Sequence record: NC_054930.1
DNA from: Escherichia phage PP01
DNA length: 64,000 bases
Strand: one strand, 5' to 3'
In this document: piece by piece, positions 20,920-31,254 of the stretch
Layout of the letters: each line of letters begins with the position of its first letter
Numbering within the stretch: the first letter of the stretch is position 1
Program-made: the position numbers and the translations under genes
Notes under the pieces: model-generated
What the model saw: the letters and a program-made list of their open reading frames with translations, nothing else
Told to the model about the DNA's origin: nothing
Databases searched by the model: none

Positions 20920-22688
20920 AAAAGCCACAAGAAATGCAAACGATGCGTAGAAAAGTTATTTCAGATAATAAACCAACACAGGAAGCGGCTAAATCCGCTT
21001 CCAATACTTTATCTGGACTTAACGATATATCTACGAAATTGGATGATGCTCAAGCTGCTTCTGAATTAATTGCTCAAACTGTCGAAGAAAAATCGAATGA
21101 AATAATTGGAGCAATTGACAATGTAGAAAGCGCAGTGAGTGATACTACTGCTGGTTCTGAGTTAATTGCTGAAACTGTTGAAATTGGCAACAATATTAAT
21201 AAAGAAATCGGTGAATCGCTCGGGAGTAAATTAGATAAATTAACGAGTTTATTAGAGCAAAAAATTCAGACAGCTGGAATTCAACAAACAGGAACCAGTT
21301 TAGCCACTGTTGAAAGCGCTATTCCTGTTAAAGTTGTTGAGGATGATACAGCTGAATCTGTGGGTCCTTTATTACCGGCTCCTGAAGCAGTTAATAATGA
21401 TCCTGACGCTGATTTTTTCCCTACCCCTCAGCCAGTTGAACCTAAACAAGAATCACCAGAAGAAAAACAGAAAAAAGACGCATTTAACTTAAAATTATCT
21501 CAAGCTTTAGATAAATTAACAAAGACTGTTGATTTTGGATTTAAGAAATCCATTTCAATTACTGATAAAATATCAAGCATGTTATTTAAGTATACCGTCA
21601 GTGCTGCTATTGAAGCCGCTAAAATGACTGCAATGATATTGGCTGTTGTTGTTGGAATAGACCTGTTGATGGTTCATTTCAAATATTGGTCAGATAAATT
21701 TTCGCAGGCTTGGGATTTGTTTAGTACAGACTTTACTAAATTCTCTAGCGAAACCGGAACATGGGGTCCTTTATTACAGAGCATCTTTAGTTCTATTGAT
21801 GAAATTAAAAAATTCTGGGAAGCGGGAGATTGGGGCGGTTTGACAGTAGCTATTGTAGAAGGACTTGGAAAGGTTCTTTATAATTTAGGTGAACTTATTC
21901 AACTTGGAATGGCTAAATTATCTGCTGCAATTCTTCGAGTCATTCCTGGAATGAAGGATACTGCTGATGAAGTAGAAGGAAGAGCACTAGAAAATTTCCA
22001 AAATTCTACTGGAGCATCTCTCAATAAAGAAGACCAGGAAAAAGTTGCAAATTATCAAGATAAACGAATGAATGGAGACCTCGGTCCAATAGCAGAAGGA
22101 CTAGATAAAATTGCGAACTGGAAAACTCGTGCATCTAACTGGATTCGTGGTGTTGATAATAAAGAAGCACTAACTACCGACGAAGAACGTGCAGCGGAAG
22201 AAGAAAAATTAAAGCAACTTTCGCCGGAAGAAAGAAAAAATGCTTTAATGAAGGCTAATGAAGCTCGTGCCGCGATGATTCGCTTTGAAAAATATGCTGA
22301 TTCAGCTGATATGAGTAAAGACTCAACGGTTAAATCAGTTGAAGCTGCCTATGAAGACCTTAAAAAACGGATGGATGACCCGGATTTAAATAATTCACCG
22401 GCAGTTAAAAAAGAACTTGCTGCTAGATTTTCTAAAATTGATGCTACTTATCAAGAACTCAAGAAAAATCAGCCTAATGCCAAACCTGAAACTTCTGCTA
22501 AATCGCCAGAAGCAAAACAAGTCCAGGTTATTGAAAAGAACAAAGCACAACAAGCTCCTGTTCAACAAGCATCTCCTTCAATCAATAATACTAATAATGT
22601 TATTAAGAAAAATACTGTCGTTCATAATATGACACCCGTAACGAGCACGACTGCTCCTGGTGTATTTGATGCGACTGGAGTTAATTAA
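20916..22688 (+). CDS. 29: Tail tube length determinant (tape measure-like) gp29
   Basis: 590 aa; synteny. Confidence 0.93.
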   Translation: MKKPQEMQTMRRKVISDNKPTQEAAKSASNTLSGLNDISTKLDDAQAASELIAQTVEEKSNEIIGAIDNVESAVSDTTAGSELIAETVEIGNNINKEIGESLGSKLDKLTSLLEQKIQTAGIQQTGTSLATVESAIPVKVVEDDTAESVGPLLPAPEAVNNDPDADFFPTPQPVEPKQESPEEKQKKDAFNLKLSQALDKLTKTVDFGFKKSISITDKISSMLFKYTVSAAIEAAKMTAMILAVVVGIDLLMVHFKYWSDKFSQAWDLFSTDFTKFSSETGTWGPLLQSIFSSIDEIKKFWEAGDWGGLTVAIVEGLGKVLYNLGELIQLGMAKLSAAILRVIPGMKDTADEVEGRALENFQNSTGASLNKEDQEKVANYQDKRMNGDLGPIAEGLDKIANWKTRASNWIRGVDNKEALTTDEERAAEEEKLKQLSPEERKNALMKANEARAAMIRFEKYADSADMSKDSTVKSVEAAYEDLKKRMDDPDLNNSPAVKKELAARFSKIDATYQELKKNQPNAKPETSAKSPEAKQVQVIEKNKAQQAPVQQASPSINNTNNVIKKNTVVHNMTPVTSTTAPGVFDATGVN

Positions 22689-22696
22689 GGAATAAT

Positions 22697-23791
22697 ATGG
22701 CAATTGTTAAAGAAATAACTGCTGATTTAATTAAAAAGTCCGGTGAGAAAATTTCAGCCGGACAGAGTACTAAATCAGAAGTAGGAACTAAAACATACAC
22801 AGCCCAGTTTCCAACTGGGCGTGCTAGTGGTAATGACACTACAGGGGACTTCCAGGTAACAGATCTATATAAGAATGGATTATTATTTACTGCATACAAT
22901 ATGTCATCTAGGGATTCTGGAAGTCTTAGATCGATGAGATCTAACTACTCTTCTTCATCTTCGAGTATTTTACGTACAGCCAGAAACACTATCAGTAATA
23001 CAGTATCAAAACTGTCAAATGGATTAATATCAGATAATAATTCAGGAACAATAAGTAAAGCCCCTGTTGCAAATATTCTTTTACCAAGATCTAAATCTGA
23101 TGTTGATACATCATCACATAGATTTAATGATGTTCAAGAAAGTCTTATCAGCAGAGGCGGAGGTACTGCTACTGGTGTGCTAAGTAATATTGCTTCAACT
23201 GCAGTATTTGGAGCACTGGAAAGTATAACACAAGGTATAATGGCTGATAATAATGAACAGATTTATACGACAGCCAGAAGTATGTATGGCGGCGCTGAGA
23301 ATAGAACTAAAGTGTTTACATGGGATTTGACTCCACGTTCAACAGAAGATTTAATGGCTATTATTAATATCTATCAATATTTTAACTATTTTTCTTATGG
23401 TGAAACGGGTAAATCTCAATACGCTGCTGAAATAAAGGGGTATTTAGATGATTGGTATCGTTCTACGTTAATTGAACCTTTATCTCCGGAAGACGCAGCT
23501 AAAAATAAAACACTATTTGAGAAAATGACATCGAGTTTAACTAACGTCCTAGTAGTTTCAAACCCGACAATTTGGATGGTGAAAAACTTTGGTGCAACAT
23601 CTAAGTTTGATGGAAAAACGGAAATATTTGGCCCATGCCAAATACAGAGCATCAGATTTGATAAAACACCTAATGGTAACTTTAACGGATTAGCTATTGC
23701 TCCAAACCTCCCTAGTACATTTACTCTTGAGATTACTATGAGAGAAATTATCACGTTAAACCGTGCTTCTTTATATGCGGGGACTTTTTAA
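22697..23791 (+). CDS. 48: Baseplate-tail tube junction protein gp48
   Basis: 364 aa; synteny. Confidence 0.93.
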   Translation: MAIVKEITADLIKKSGEKISAGQSTKSEVGTKTYTAQFPTGRASGNDTTGDFQVTDLYKNGLLFTAYNMSSRDSGSLRSMRSNYSSSSSSILRTARNTISNTVSKLSNGLISDNNSGTISKAPVANILLPRSKSDVDTSSHRFNDVQESLISRGGGTATGVLSNIASTAVFGALESITQGIMADNNEQIYTTARSMYGGAENRTKVFTWDLTPRSTEDLMAIINIYQYFNYFSYGETGKSQYAAEIKGYLDDWYRSTLIEPLSPEDAAKNKTLFEKMTSSLTNVLVVSNPTIWMVKNFGATSKFDGKTEIFGPCQIQSIRFDKTPNGNFNGLAIAPNLPSTFTLEITMREIITLNRASLYAGTF

Positions 23792-24756
23792 TGTATTCTT
23801 TAGAGGAATTTAATAATCAAGCAATAAACGCAGATTTCCAACGTAATAATATGTTTAGCTGCGTTTTTGCGACAACTCCATCAACTAAAAGCTCTTCGTT
23901 GATAAGTTCAATTAGCAACTTTTCTTATAATAACTTGGGTCTAAATTCAGATTGGTTAGGATTGACTCAAGGCGATATTAATCAGGGAATTACCACGCTA
24001 ATTACAGCTGGCACACAAAAACTGATAAGAAAATCAGGGGTTAGTAAATATCTTATTGGTGCCATGAGTCAACGTACAGTTCAAAGTTTATTAGGCTCAT
24101 TTACAGTTGGTACATATTTAATTGACTTCTTTAACATGGCATATAACTCATCTGGATTGATGATATACTCCGTAAAAATGCCAGAGAATAGATTATCCTA
24201 TGAAACTGACTGGAACTATAATTCTCCTAATATTCGTATAACTGGGAGAGAATTAGACCCTTTGGTTATTTCATTTAGGATGGATTCAGAAGCATGTAAC
24301 TATCGTGCAATGCAAGACTGGGTTAACGCTGTTCAAGACCCAGTAACTGGACTGCGTGCTTTGCCACAAGATGTCGAGGCAGACATTCAAGTTAATCTTC
24401 ATGCTCGTAATGGATTACCTCATACTGCTGTGATGTTCACCGGATGCATTCCAGTGTCAGTGAGCGCTCCTGAGTTATCATATGATGGAGATAATCAAAT
24501 AACTACATTTGATGTTACTTTTGCGTATAGAGTCATGCAGGCTGGAGCAGTTGATAGACAAGCTGCGCTTGAATGGCTTGAATCTGCTGCTATAAATGGC
24601 ATTCAAAGCGTTCTCGGAAATAGTGGAGGTGTTACTGGACTATCTAATTCGCTTTCACGACTTAGTAGATTAGGAGGAACTGCAGGAAGCATTTCAAACA
24701 TTAATACTATGACGGGAATTGTCAACTCGCAAAGTAAAATATTAGGAGCAATATAA
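23791..24756 (+). CDS. 54: Baseplate-tail tube initiator gp54
   Basis: 321 aa; synteny. Confidence 0.93.
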   Translation: MYSLEEFNNQAINADFQRNNMFSCVFATTPSTKSSSLISSISNFSYNNLGLNSDWLGLTQGDINQGITTLITAGTQKLIRKSGVSKYLIGAMSQRTVQSLLGSFTVGTYLIDFFNMAYNSSGLMIYSVKMPENRLSYETDWNYNSPNIRITGRELDPLVISFRMDSEACNYRAMQDWVNAVQDPVTGLRALPQDVEADIQVNLHARNGLPHTAVMFTGCIPVSVSAPELSYDGDNQITTFDVTFAYRVMQAGAVDRQAALEWLESAAINGIQSVLGNSGGVTGLSNSLSRLSRLGGTAGSISNINTMTGIVNSQSKILGAI

Positions 24757-24760
24757 CAAT

Positions 24761-24778
24761 GGGGACCTTTCGGTCCCC
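24761..24778. terminator. Hairpin GGGGACC-uuuc-GGUCCCC followed by a U-run, between convergent genes 54 and alt.-3
   Basis: 7-bp inverted repeat. Confidence 0.65.
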
Positions 24779-24784
24779 GTGTTT

Positions 24785-25075
24785 TTATTTACGGAATGAA
24801 ATAAAAGCAGCAACTGAAGCAACTAAACTGTCTTCAATATAAACTTCAATTTTTACCGGAGCTTCTGACTCAAATTTACCTGTTACTACACCTTGGAAAA
24901 TGCTTTCAGTCTGCTCTGGCTTTGAAAAATTTTCAGAAGGAAAAATTCCGAACTTTTTATCTGTTCCAAAAATTTTGATAAATTCATCATAAACTGCTTC
25001 ATTAAAAGCGTTATCAGCAGGAATAACGCCTTCAACTACGAGTTCTTGACCTAAAAAGCGCAAAGAAGATTTCAT
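24785..25075 (-). CDS. alt.-3: Hypothetical protein (T4 alt.-3 position)
   Basis: 96 aa; preceded by an early promoter and a GAGGA RBS. Confidence 0.75.
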   Translation of the reverse strand: MKSSLRFLGQELVVEGVIPADNAFNEAVYDEFIKIFGTDKKFGIFPSENFSKPEQTESIFQGVVTGKFESEAPVKIEVYIEDSLVASVAAFISFRK

Positions 25076-25082
25076 TTTGTGT

Positions 25083-25136
25083 TCCTCATGTTATGTCAGT
25101 AAGATTATTATAACACAACACGAGGGACTTGTAAAC
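25083..25136 (-). promoter_or_regulatory. T4-type early promoter plus leader (-35 GTTTACA, 17-bp spacer, -10 TATAAT, SD GAGGA); copy A of a 54-bp exact repeat
   Basis: Minus-strand reading GTTTACAAGTCCCTCGTGTTGTGTTATAATAATCTTACTGACATAACATGAGGA; identical to 40667-40720. Confidence 0.8.
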
Positions 25137-27193
25137 TACATTTTGAACTTTTTAGACATTCCGTTGATGTTAACCAAAGAAGCCAAGATTTGAGAAACTT
25201 CATTTTCCTCTTCTTTTGATTCTTCTACAAGGAATTGATTAAATCCAGCCATTGGACGAACTTCACCAGTTTCCATTAGATGGTCGCCATCATATACCGA
25301 TTCTTTTAATTGTTCAGAAGGAGGAACGATTGTGCCTTCGATTAAATACTTATTATAAGCAGTTTCTTTCATCATGTACGTACTCACTTTATTAATCTTC
25401 AGCAAAATTCCACGCGGTAAAATAACTTCAGCTTCTGACGGAAATCCTGATAAATGCCCTGGAACGATAACTTTGATTCGCTCAGCTCCTTTAATTACCA
25501 TACCCACGCTAGTTTCAGCATCTTCATTCGCATAAGCAGAATGACTGCCCATATGCATTAAATCTTCAGCATCAACGGAACCTTCTCCTTCACCAGAAAA
25601 TACTGCACCGGAATCATCTAGAGCCATATAGTTTTTACCATACTCACCGAAGATATTTGGTTTAAGCGATGTGGATACGAAGTTCTTGAAATAGAACATT
25701 TTATTTTCAATATTATGACGTAAAGTTTTAAAGGTAACTTCTTGTCCACGGTAAAGTGTAGTTCCTGGAGGAAGAACTGATCCTTTGGCAAAGGCAGAAT
25801 CCATTGTCTCGATGTGTTTAATAGCTCGTTCCATGTATTCTTCACGTGTAGAATCCGGTTTACCTAAAAGGAACGAGTTCATTTCAACATATGAATCTGC
25901 ACAATAATCTTCAATTACATCAGACTCAGCCTGAGTTAATCCTTTTGGAGTTACTTCAGTACTTGCATATTCATACGCTTGAGAAGCAGACTCATTAATC
26001 AATTTATAAACGCCATTCATGACAAATTGAATAATAGCTACCTTTTCATCTGGCGTGGCTTTAGAACCTTTAACTAAATCATTGACGATTTTCTTAATAA
26101 CATCAAAGCTATTAGAAATATTAATGTCAGCAAGATCGCTTAAAATTTTATCAGTTTTATAATCAAAAAATTCTTTATTCTTTAAATATTCTTGAGAACC
26201 TTGATATGTTATATCGCTCTGTAACTTGATAGATGGATCACGTAAACGTGCATGAGCCAATGCAATATGATTTCGGAAGCTTTCTAGTTCATAATCACTA
26301 GATTTAAAACGAGAAGCACTTCTCATACCACCGATAGCTCCTTTGCTGAAGTTTGAACCAACCTGAATAACGCCGGAGTTCATTGGTCCTTCTGCTTTAT
26401 ATACCGGAACTTTAGATTCAAACTCTTGGTATTTCTTAGCAGCGAAGCTATCACCCTGAAGTGAAGCATCGACGGTAGAGTATTGAGCTTGTGCTGCTAA
26501 TCGACGACTAATTTTAGTTTTCTGAATAACAGCTTGATCCGTGCGCTTATCATTTTCTAAAGCAATAGAAGCGGCAACAGCGACAGCTTTAGGAACAGCA
26601 TTACCTGTTTTAACATCTACATAAACATCACCAACCTTTGATTCAACTTTTGTGAATAACTCAGTTGAAATAGGAGGTACACCTGGAATGTCTTCTAAAT
26701 TGGCATTTTTACGGTAAACCATAATATATGCATATTTCTTATCATAGTCCCAGATTTCCTTTAAAAGAACATATCGACCTGCTCCTTTAGTACGTACTAA
26801 ACGGTCGGCAATAACTTGCATTTGACGAGCTGCGCCATTTGTTTTACTCTTTAGTACGCGGAATAAGCATGCGTCAATTTTGTACTGTTTCATTGTCTGA
26901 AGAGCAGTATCAAAAACCGCATTAATGACACCAATTGGATTTCCACCCAAGTTTTTAAGTTTAACTAATGATAGTTTCTCATTAACACCTATCATTACGA
27001 TATGCATCATTTTATCGCCTGGCTTAACGTTTTTATTCGTATCACCGCCAGAGGTGTATGTACAAAATCTAAATCCAGGAAGCACGCTTTCTTCGCCTGC
27101 TTGAATAGCAAAAATTTGAGGTATTTTATGCTTAGGATTTAAGTTAACAACCGGCGCCGAAGCGCCGTCAAATAATTCTGTAATAAGTTCCAT
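25136..27193 (-). CDS. Alt-family ADP-ribosyltransferase, paralog 1 (685 aa)
   Basis: N-terminus MELITELFD; ART signature YRGQ ... FVSTSL ... SEAEVILPRG (Arg, S-T-S, E-x-E); paralogous to the adjacent ORF. Confidence 0.88.
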   Translation of the reverse strand: MELITELFDGASAPVVNLNPKHKIPQIFAIQAGEESVLPGFRFCTYTSGGDTNKNVKPGDKMMHIVMIGVNEKLSLVKLKNLGGNPIGVINAVFDTALQTMKQYKIDACLFRVLKSKTNGAARQMQVIADRLVRTKGAGRYVLLKEIWDYDKKYAYIMVYRKNANLEDIPGVPPISTELFTKVESKVGDVYVDVKTGNAVPKAVAVAASIALENDKRTDQAVIQKTKISRRLAAQAQYSTVDASLQGDSFAAKKYQEFESKVPVYKAEGPMNSGVIQVGSNFSKGAIGGMRSASRFKSSDYELESFRNHIALAHARLRDPSIKLQSDITYQGSQEYLKNKEFFDYKTDKILSDLADINISNSFDVIKKIVNDLVKGSKATPDEKVAIIQFVMNGVYKLINESASQAYEYASTEVTPKGLTQAESDVIEDYCADSYVEMNSFLLGKPDSTREEYMERAIKHIETMDSAFAKGSVLPPGTTLYRGQEVTFKTLRHNIENKMFYFKNFVSTSLKPNIFGEYGKNYMALDDSGAVFSGEGEGSVDAEDLMHMGSHSAYANEDAETSVGMVIKGAERIKVIVPGHLSGFPSEAEVILPRGILLKINKVSTYMMKETAYNKYLIEGTIVPPSEQLKESVYDGDHLMETGEVRPMAGFNQFLVEESKEEENEVSQILASLVNINGMSKKFKM

Positions 27194-27196
27194 GAT

Positions 27197-29290
27197 TTAT
27201 CCTTGAACGAACTTGTAAGGCATGTTTGTAATATCTATGCAAGACGCAATAATTCCAAGAGATGATTCTACTTTCTGTTTAATATTTGATGAAACAAATG
27301 ATGCAAAGTCAACTCTGTCTTCTATTTCAATATCATCTGTCATTGCAACTACTTCGCCGGTTTCCATTAGACGGTCACCGTCATAAATTACTGATTCGGT
27401 GAGTTCTTCCGTAGTCATAACTTCAGCTTGAATGAGTTTTGTATTATTAGATGTTGTTCCGTCATTATTAGAAGCATCAGTTATTTTATTAACTTTGACC
27501 ATCAATCCGCGTGGTAGAATAACTTCAGCTTCTGTTGCTATTCCGAGACTTCCTGGATATACAACATTAACTTTATGAGCTCCATCAATTGCCCATCCTA
27601 TTTGAACTTTAACGTATTCAGGATTTTCTTTATACGCTCTTATTTCGTTTGGATTGATAGTTATTCCTTCTTCATTTTTATCAACTGTTAATTCATTACG
27701 AGCTTCTGGTTCTAAAAGACCTATACCAGCATGTGTAATTCCAAAACGTCCAAAAATGATAGGAGTTAAAGAAGTAGATACAAAATTTCTGAAATAGAAC
27801 ACTTTATTTTTAACTAGTGCTTCGTATATAGGAGCAGTCATGCTTTGAGCACGATAAACTGTAATGCCTTCTGGTATACGGTCACCATTTTCAAAAGCTG
27901 AATCTAAATTATTTATCGCAGATTCAATTTCTTTTTCACTCATTACATCATATCGTTCTGGATTGTAGCGGCCTAAAAGAAGATTATTGATGTCAGTATA
28001 TCCTGATCCACAATACTCTCTAATGCCGCGCTTTTGCGATGGAGTATATTTAGAACCATCACGTGCAATGGTAATATCAATCATTGGACCTGCACCAATT
28101 CCAGAAAAGCTATAAATCATTCGTTTGAGGAATTTAGTTTTTGCTGCGTTCCAGGAATTTTTAGTTATTTCTTCCCAGACTTCATCTGGCTGCCCTTTAC
28201 GAGTTTTATTATGTTTATCAAGCCAATTATCTTTATATTCTTCAAAGAATTGATTAACAGCTGCTGCGTATTTCTCTAAACATTTTATTGAAGTAGTTGG
28301 TTCATTTTTAATCGCATTAAGAATTACATCTTTAATTTTTTCAGAAACTTCATTAACCTCACTTTTTGAAAAGAATTTATAATCATAGTGAAGTTCATCT
28401 GCAGTTCCTTCAGCAATAATTTTTGCTGCCTTAGTTTTAGAAGCTAATGAATTAATTCCAAGTTTCATTTCTTCTGCTTCAGGAATTAAAGGAGCTGTAG
28501 CAGGTTTATTGAAATTAGCTGCGGTAGATTCATACTTCTGGAATAATTCACTTTCAAATCTAGAAGATTCTAATGATTGACTTTGCGCAATTGCTCTACG
28601 GGAAATTTTAACTTTAACGATTACAGCTTGGTCAGAACGTTTATCATTTTCTTGTGCAATAGAAGCAGCAATTGCCTCATTTTTAGTTACTTGAGCTCCA
28701 GTATCTTTATTAATATAAACATCGCCGACTTTCGATTCAACTTTAGTAAAGAGCTCGGTACTAATTTCCGGAACTCCTGGAATGTCTTCTAGTGATACAT
28801 TTTTGCGATGTATAAGAATATATGCATACTTTTTATCATAATCCCAGAGTTCCTTAAGAAGGACGTATCTGCCACCTGAACGACTACGGATAAGTCTATC
28901 AGCAATAACTTGAATTTGTCGAGCTTGACCAGCAGTTTTAGACTTAAGAATACGAAGCATGCAGGCATCAATTTTATACTGACGCATTGTTTGCATTGCA
29001 ATAGTAAAAACTGAATTGATATAATTAATTGGGCTTGGACCGAGACCTTTTAATTTAGCAATTGAACCTTTAGCAGTTAATGTAAAAGGAACAATATGCA
29101 TCATTTTATCGCCCATTTTTAAATCGCGATTAGTATCACCTCCAGATGTATAGGTACATAAACGAAAGCCTGGTTGTTCAATTGCGTCATCAACGTGAAC
29201 TGAAAAAATTTGTGGTATTTTCTTCTTTGGATTTAAGTTTGTAATCGGAAGAGTAGTATCTTCGTCAAATAATTCTGTAATAAGTTCCAT
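27197..29290 (-). CDS. alt: Alt-family ADP-ribosyltransferase, paralog 2 (697 aa from the second ATG), RNA polymerase ADP-ribosylase-like
   Basis: N-terminus MELITELFDEDTTLPITNLNPKKK; ART signature YRAQ ... FVSTSL ... TEAEVILPRG; GAGG RBS 6 nt before the second ATG. Confidence 0.88.
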   Translation of the reverse strand: MELITELFDEDTTLPITNLNPKKKIPQIFSVHVDDAIEQPGFRLCTYTSGGDTNRDLKMGDKMMHIVPFTLTAKGSIAKLKGLGPSPINYINSVFTIAMQTMRQYKIDACMLRILKSKTAGQARQIQVIADRLIRSRSGGRYVLLKELWDYDKKYAYILIHRKNVSLEDIPGVPEISTELFTKVESKVGDVYINKDTGAQVTKNEAIAASIAQENDKRSDQAVIVKVKISRRAIAQSQSLESSRFESELFQKYESTAANFNKPATAPLIPEAEEMKLGINSLASKTKAAKIIAEGTADELHYDYKFFSKSEVNEVSEKIKDVILNAIKNEPTTSIKCLEKYAAAVNQFFEEYKDNWLDKHNKTRKGQPDEVWEEITKNSWNAAKTKFLKRMIYSFSGIGAGPMIDITIARDGSKYTPSQKRGIREYCGSGYTDINNLLLGRYNPERYDVMSEKEIESAINNLDSAFENGDRIPEGITVYRAQSMTAPIYEALVKNKVFYFRNFVSTSLTPIIFGRFGITHAGIGLLEPEARNELTVDKNEEGITINPNEIRAYKENPEYVKVQIGWAIDGAHKVNVVYPGSLGIATEAEVILPRGLMVKVNKITDASNNDGTTSNNTKLIQAEVMTTEELTESVIYDGDRLMETGEVVAMTDDIEIEDRVDFASFVSSNIKQKVESSLGIIASCIDITNMPYKFVQG

Positions 29291-29324
29291 CATATCCTCT
29301 CTAGTGTTTATTCTATTTATAAAA

Positions 29325-29348
29325 TTAAAGGCCCGAAGGCCTTTAATA
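29325..29348 (-). terminator. Hairpin AAGGCC-UUCG-GGCCUU (minus-strand reading) between the 62-aa ORF and alt
   Basis: Inverted repeat seen. Confidence 0.4.
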
Positions 29349-29531
29349 ATCTAGTGGTAAGAGAGTACGGTATATTTCAAACTTTGGCCCTTTTTCATAG
29401 GCATCAAATGTTTCTGTAAATTTATTATAAGCATACGCATCTACAAATTCGAGAATGACTTGCGATACCGAAGTAGAAACATCTCCACCTTCTTTTTGAG
29501 CTATAACAATTGTTTCTAAGTAAGCTTTCAT
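29343..29531 (-). CDS. Hypothetical 62-aa protein, translationally coupled to DNA ligase (ATGA overlap)
   Basis: ATG at 29531-29529 overlaps the ligase TGA stop. Confidence 0.5.
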   Translation of the reverse strand: MKAYLETIVIAQKEGGDVSTSVSQVILEFVDAYAYNKFTETFDAYEKGPKFEIYRTLLPLDY

Positions 29532-30988
29532 AGACCAGTTACCTCATGAAAATCACCAAATACATCCTCGAATGTATTAGCTTTAGTTTTATCTTCACGT
29601 AAACGAATCGCAATCGGAAGAAATAATTTAACGTAATCAGTGCGGCCATCAGATTTTAACCAACCATTGCATTCGCACTCTAGAATTTTTCCAATATAAT
29701 AATTTTGGTTTTCCATAATGCGAGTACGGTCAAGTTCATGTGATTTTACACCGGCTTTATCTTTTAAGCCTGAACCTGCATTTACTTTAATTTTTCCACA
29801 CTCTGATTCAAGAATAAATCCACCCGCTTTAGTAGGGTCTTTACGGTGAGGATAAATTCCTACAATTTTTAAATCAACATCAATTACTTCTTTAAATTTA
29901 TAGAGATTTTTTGAACGAGCATTTTCCCACAATCCATCGGTATTTTTGAGAATAATACCTTCAAGACCTTGGTCAATATATTTTTTATAAATTACCTTAG
30001 CTTCATCTAGGTTATTTACTACCTGGTTTTCAATTAAAATTACTTTATCATATCCTGATGCCATTTGTTCTAGTTTAGAAAAACGTACATCATATTTTAA
30101 ACGAAACGCCGGAAGACCGTATATTTCTACCAACGGAACATAATCCCAGACCTGAAACTTCATGCATTTGGCTTCTTTTTCTGAAATAGTTCCCTTTAAA
30201 GATTTATTGGCGATTCCATTAGAAGCAGTACGAGATTCAGCTACTTCGGCAAACTCTTTAGCTTTACTGATTTCAGGAGCATCAAAAAGAAAATCTAGGC
30301 CTTCTGGTTCCTTTTCAACTTGCTCATGGTATACCAATTCGCCATCAATTAACACACCTTCTGGATGAATCTGGCGGGCTTCAGCAGTCATTTTGATTAA
30401 CTCTTCCTTAAGAAGATCTAATCCTAAATATTCATTACCAGCTCGCGATAAAAGACGAACATCATCTAATTCATCGCCTCGGACTTCAGCAAAACACCGA
30501 GCTCCATCAGCTTTTAACTGTGCAAAAGCTGGAAACTTGATATTCTTACTAATGCCTTTTTCATCATAAGAACTTGCAAGCATTTGAGGTTGTTCAGGAA
30601 TTAAACCTGGCCAAACTTTGTTTGCAATAGATACTGAAGCACCGCATTCAAGGTCTCGCATCATAACTCGACGCAAAACTTCAACATCATCCTTTTTACC
30701 ATCGGTGATATATCCAGTTAATTCCTCAATTGCTGCATTGCCAGTTAATTTCCGAGTAGCTAACGTGAATTCAATGAAGTCAAGCATATCGGTAATAGTC
30801 AACATTCCAAAACTCTGGGTAGCAATACCAGGTTTAGGCCATTTCTTGATATAATATTGTAACCCACGAGAATAAGTCAGACGATATACTCGTTTAAGCA
30901 ATTCATTATCTTTATTCTTTTCAAGAATTGCTTGCTTCTGTTTAGTTGATCCAATAGATGCTATTTCATTCAGAATTTTAAGAATCAT
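29528..30988 (-). CDS. 30: ATP-dependent DNA ligase gp30
   Basis: 486 aa; adenylation motif KADGAR; N-terminus MILKILNEIASIGSTKQKQ. Confidence 0.97.
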   Translation of the reverse strand: MILKILNEIASIGSTKQKQAILEKNKDNELLKRVYRLTYSRGLQYYIKKWPKPGIATQSFGMLTITDMLDFIEFTLATRKLTGNAAIEELTGYITDGKKDDVEVLRRVMMRDLECGASVSIANKVWPGLIPEQPQMLASSYDEKGISKNIKFPAFAQLKADGARCFAEVRGDELDDVRLLSRAGNEYLGLDLLKEELIKMTAEARQIHPEGVLIDGELVYHEQVEKEPEGLDFLFDAPEISKAKEFAEVAESRTASNGIANKSLKGTISEKEAKCMKFQVWDYVPLVEIYGLPAFRLKYDVRFSKLEQMASGYDKVILIENQVVNNLDEAKVIYKKYIDQGLEGIILKNTDGLWENARSKNLYKFKEVIDVDLKIVGIYPHRKDPTKAGGFILESECGKIKVNAGSGLKDKAGVKSHELDRTRIMENQNYYIGKILECECNGWLKSDGRTDYVKLFLPIAIRLREDKTKANTFEDVFGDFHEVTGL

Positions 30989-31254
30989 TGCTCATCCTTC
31001 AAGGTTTGGTTTACAGCTCTATTATAAATCAATTCATCATTAAGCTCAGGCAAAGACTTATGATATGTAGTTCTAACTTTATTTCCTTGCATCCAGTGCT
31101 TGACGTAAATGAAACCTTGCTCTACACATTTTTTAAAAATTCGTTCGTCTTTTTGAGCTCGGAATTCTGGATTGCATCTAAAAAATTGATTTACGTGACC
31201 GTAATCACGTGTAGTATTACCTTCATTTTCATAAATAGTGTGAACGACAAACAT
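30985..31254 (-). CDS. 30.1: Hypothetical protein (T4 30.1 position)
   Basis: 89 aa; synteny. Confidence 0.7.
   Translation of the reverse strand: MFVVHTIYENEGNTTRDYGHVNQFFRCNPEFRAQKDERIFKKCVEQGFIYVKHWMQGNKVRTTYHKSLPELNDELIYNRAVNQTLKDEQ

Noticed and set aside
25083-25136. The 54-bp exact repeat as a mobile element or att site
   Set aside because: Both copies read as a complete early promoter plus leader in front of genes, with no flanking target-site duplication or recombinase gene; it is regulatory, although the exact identity is still noteworthy.
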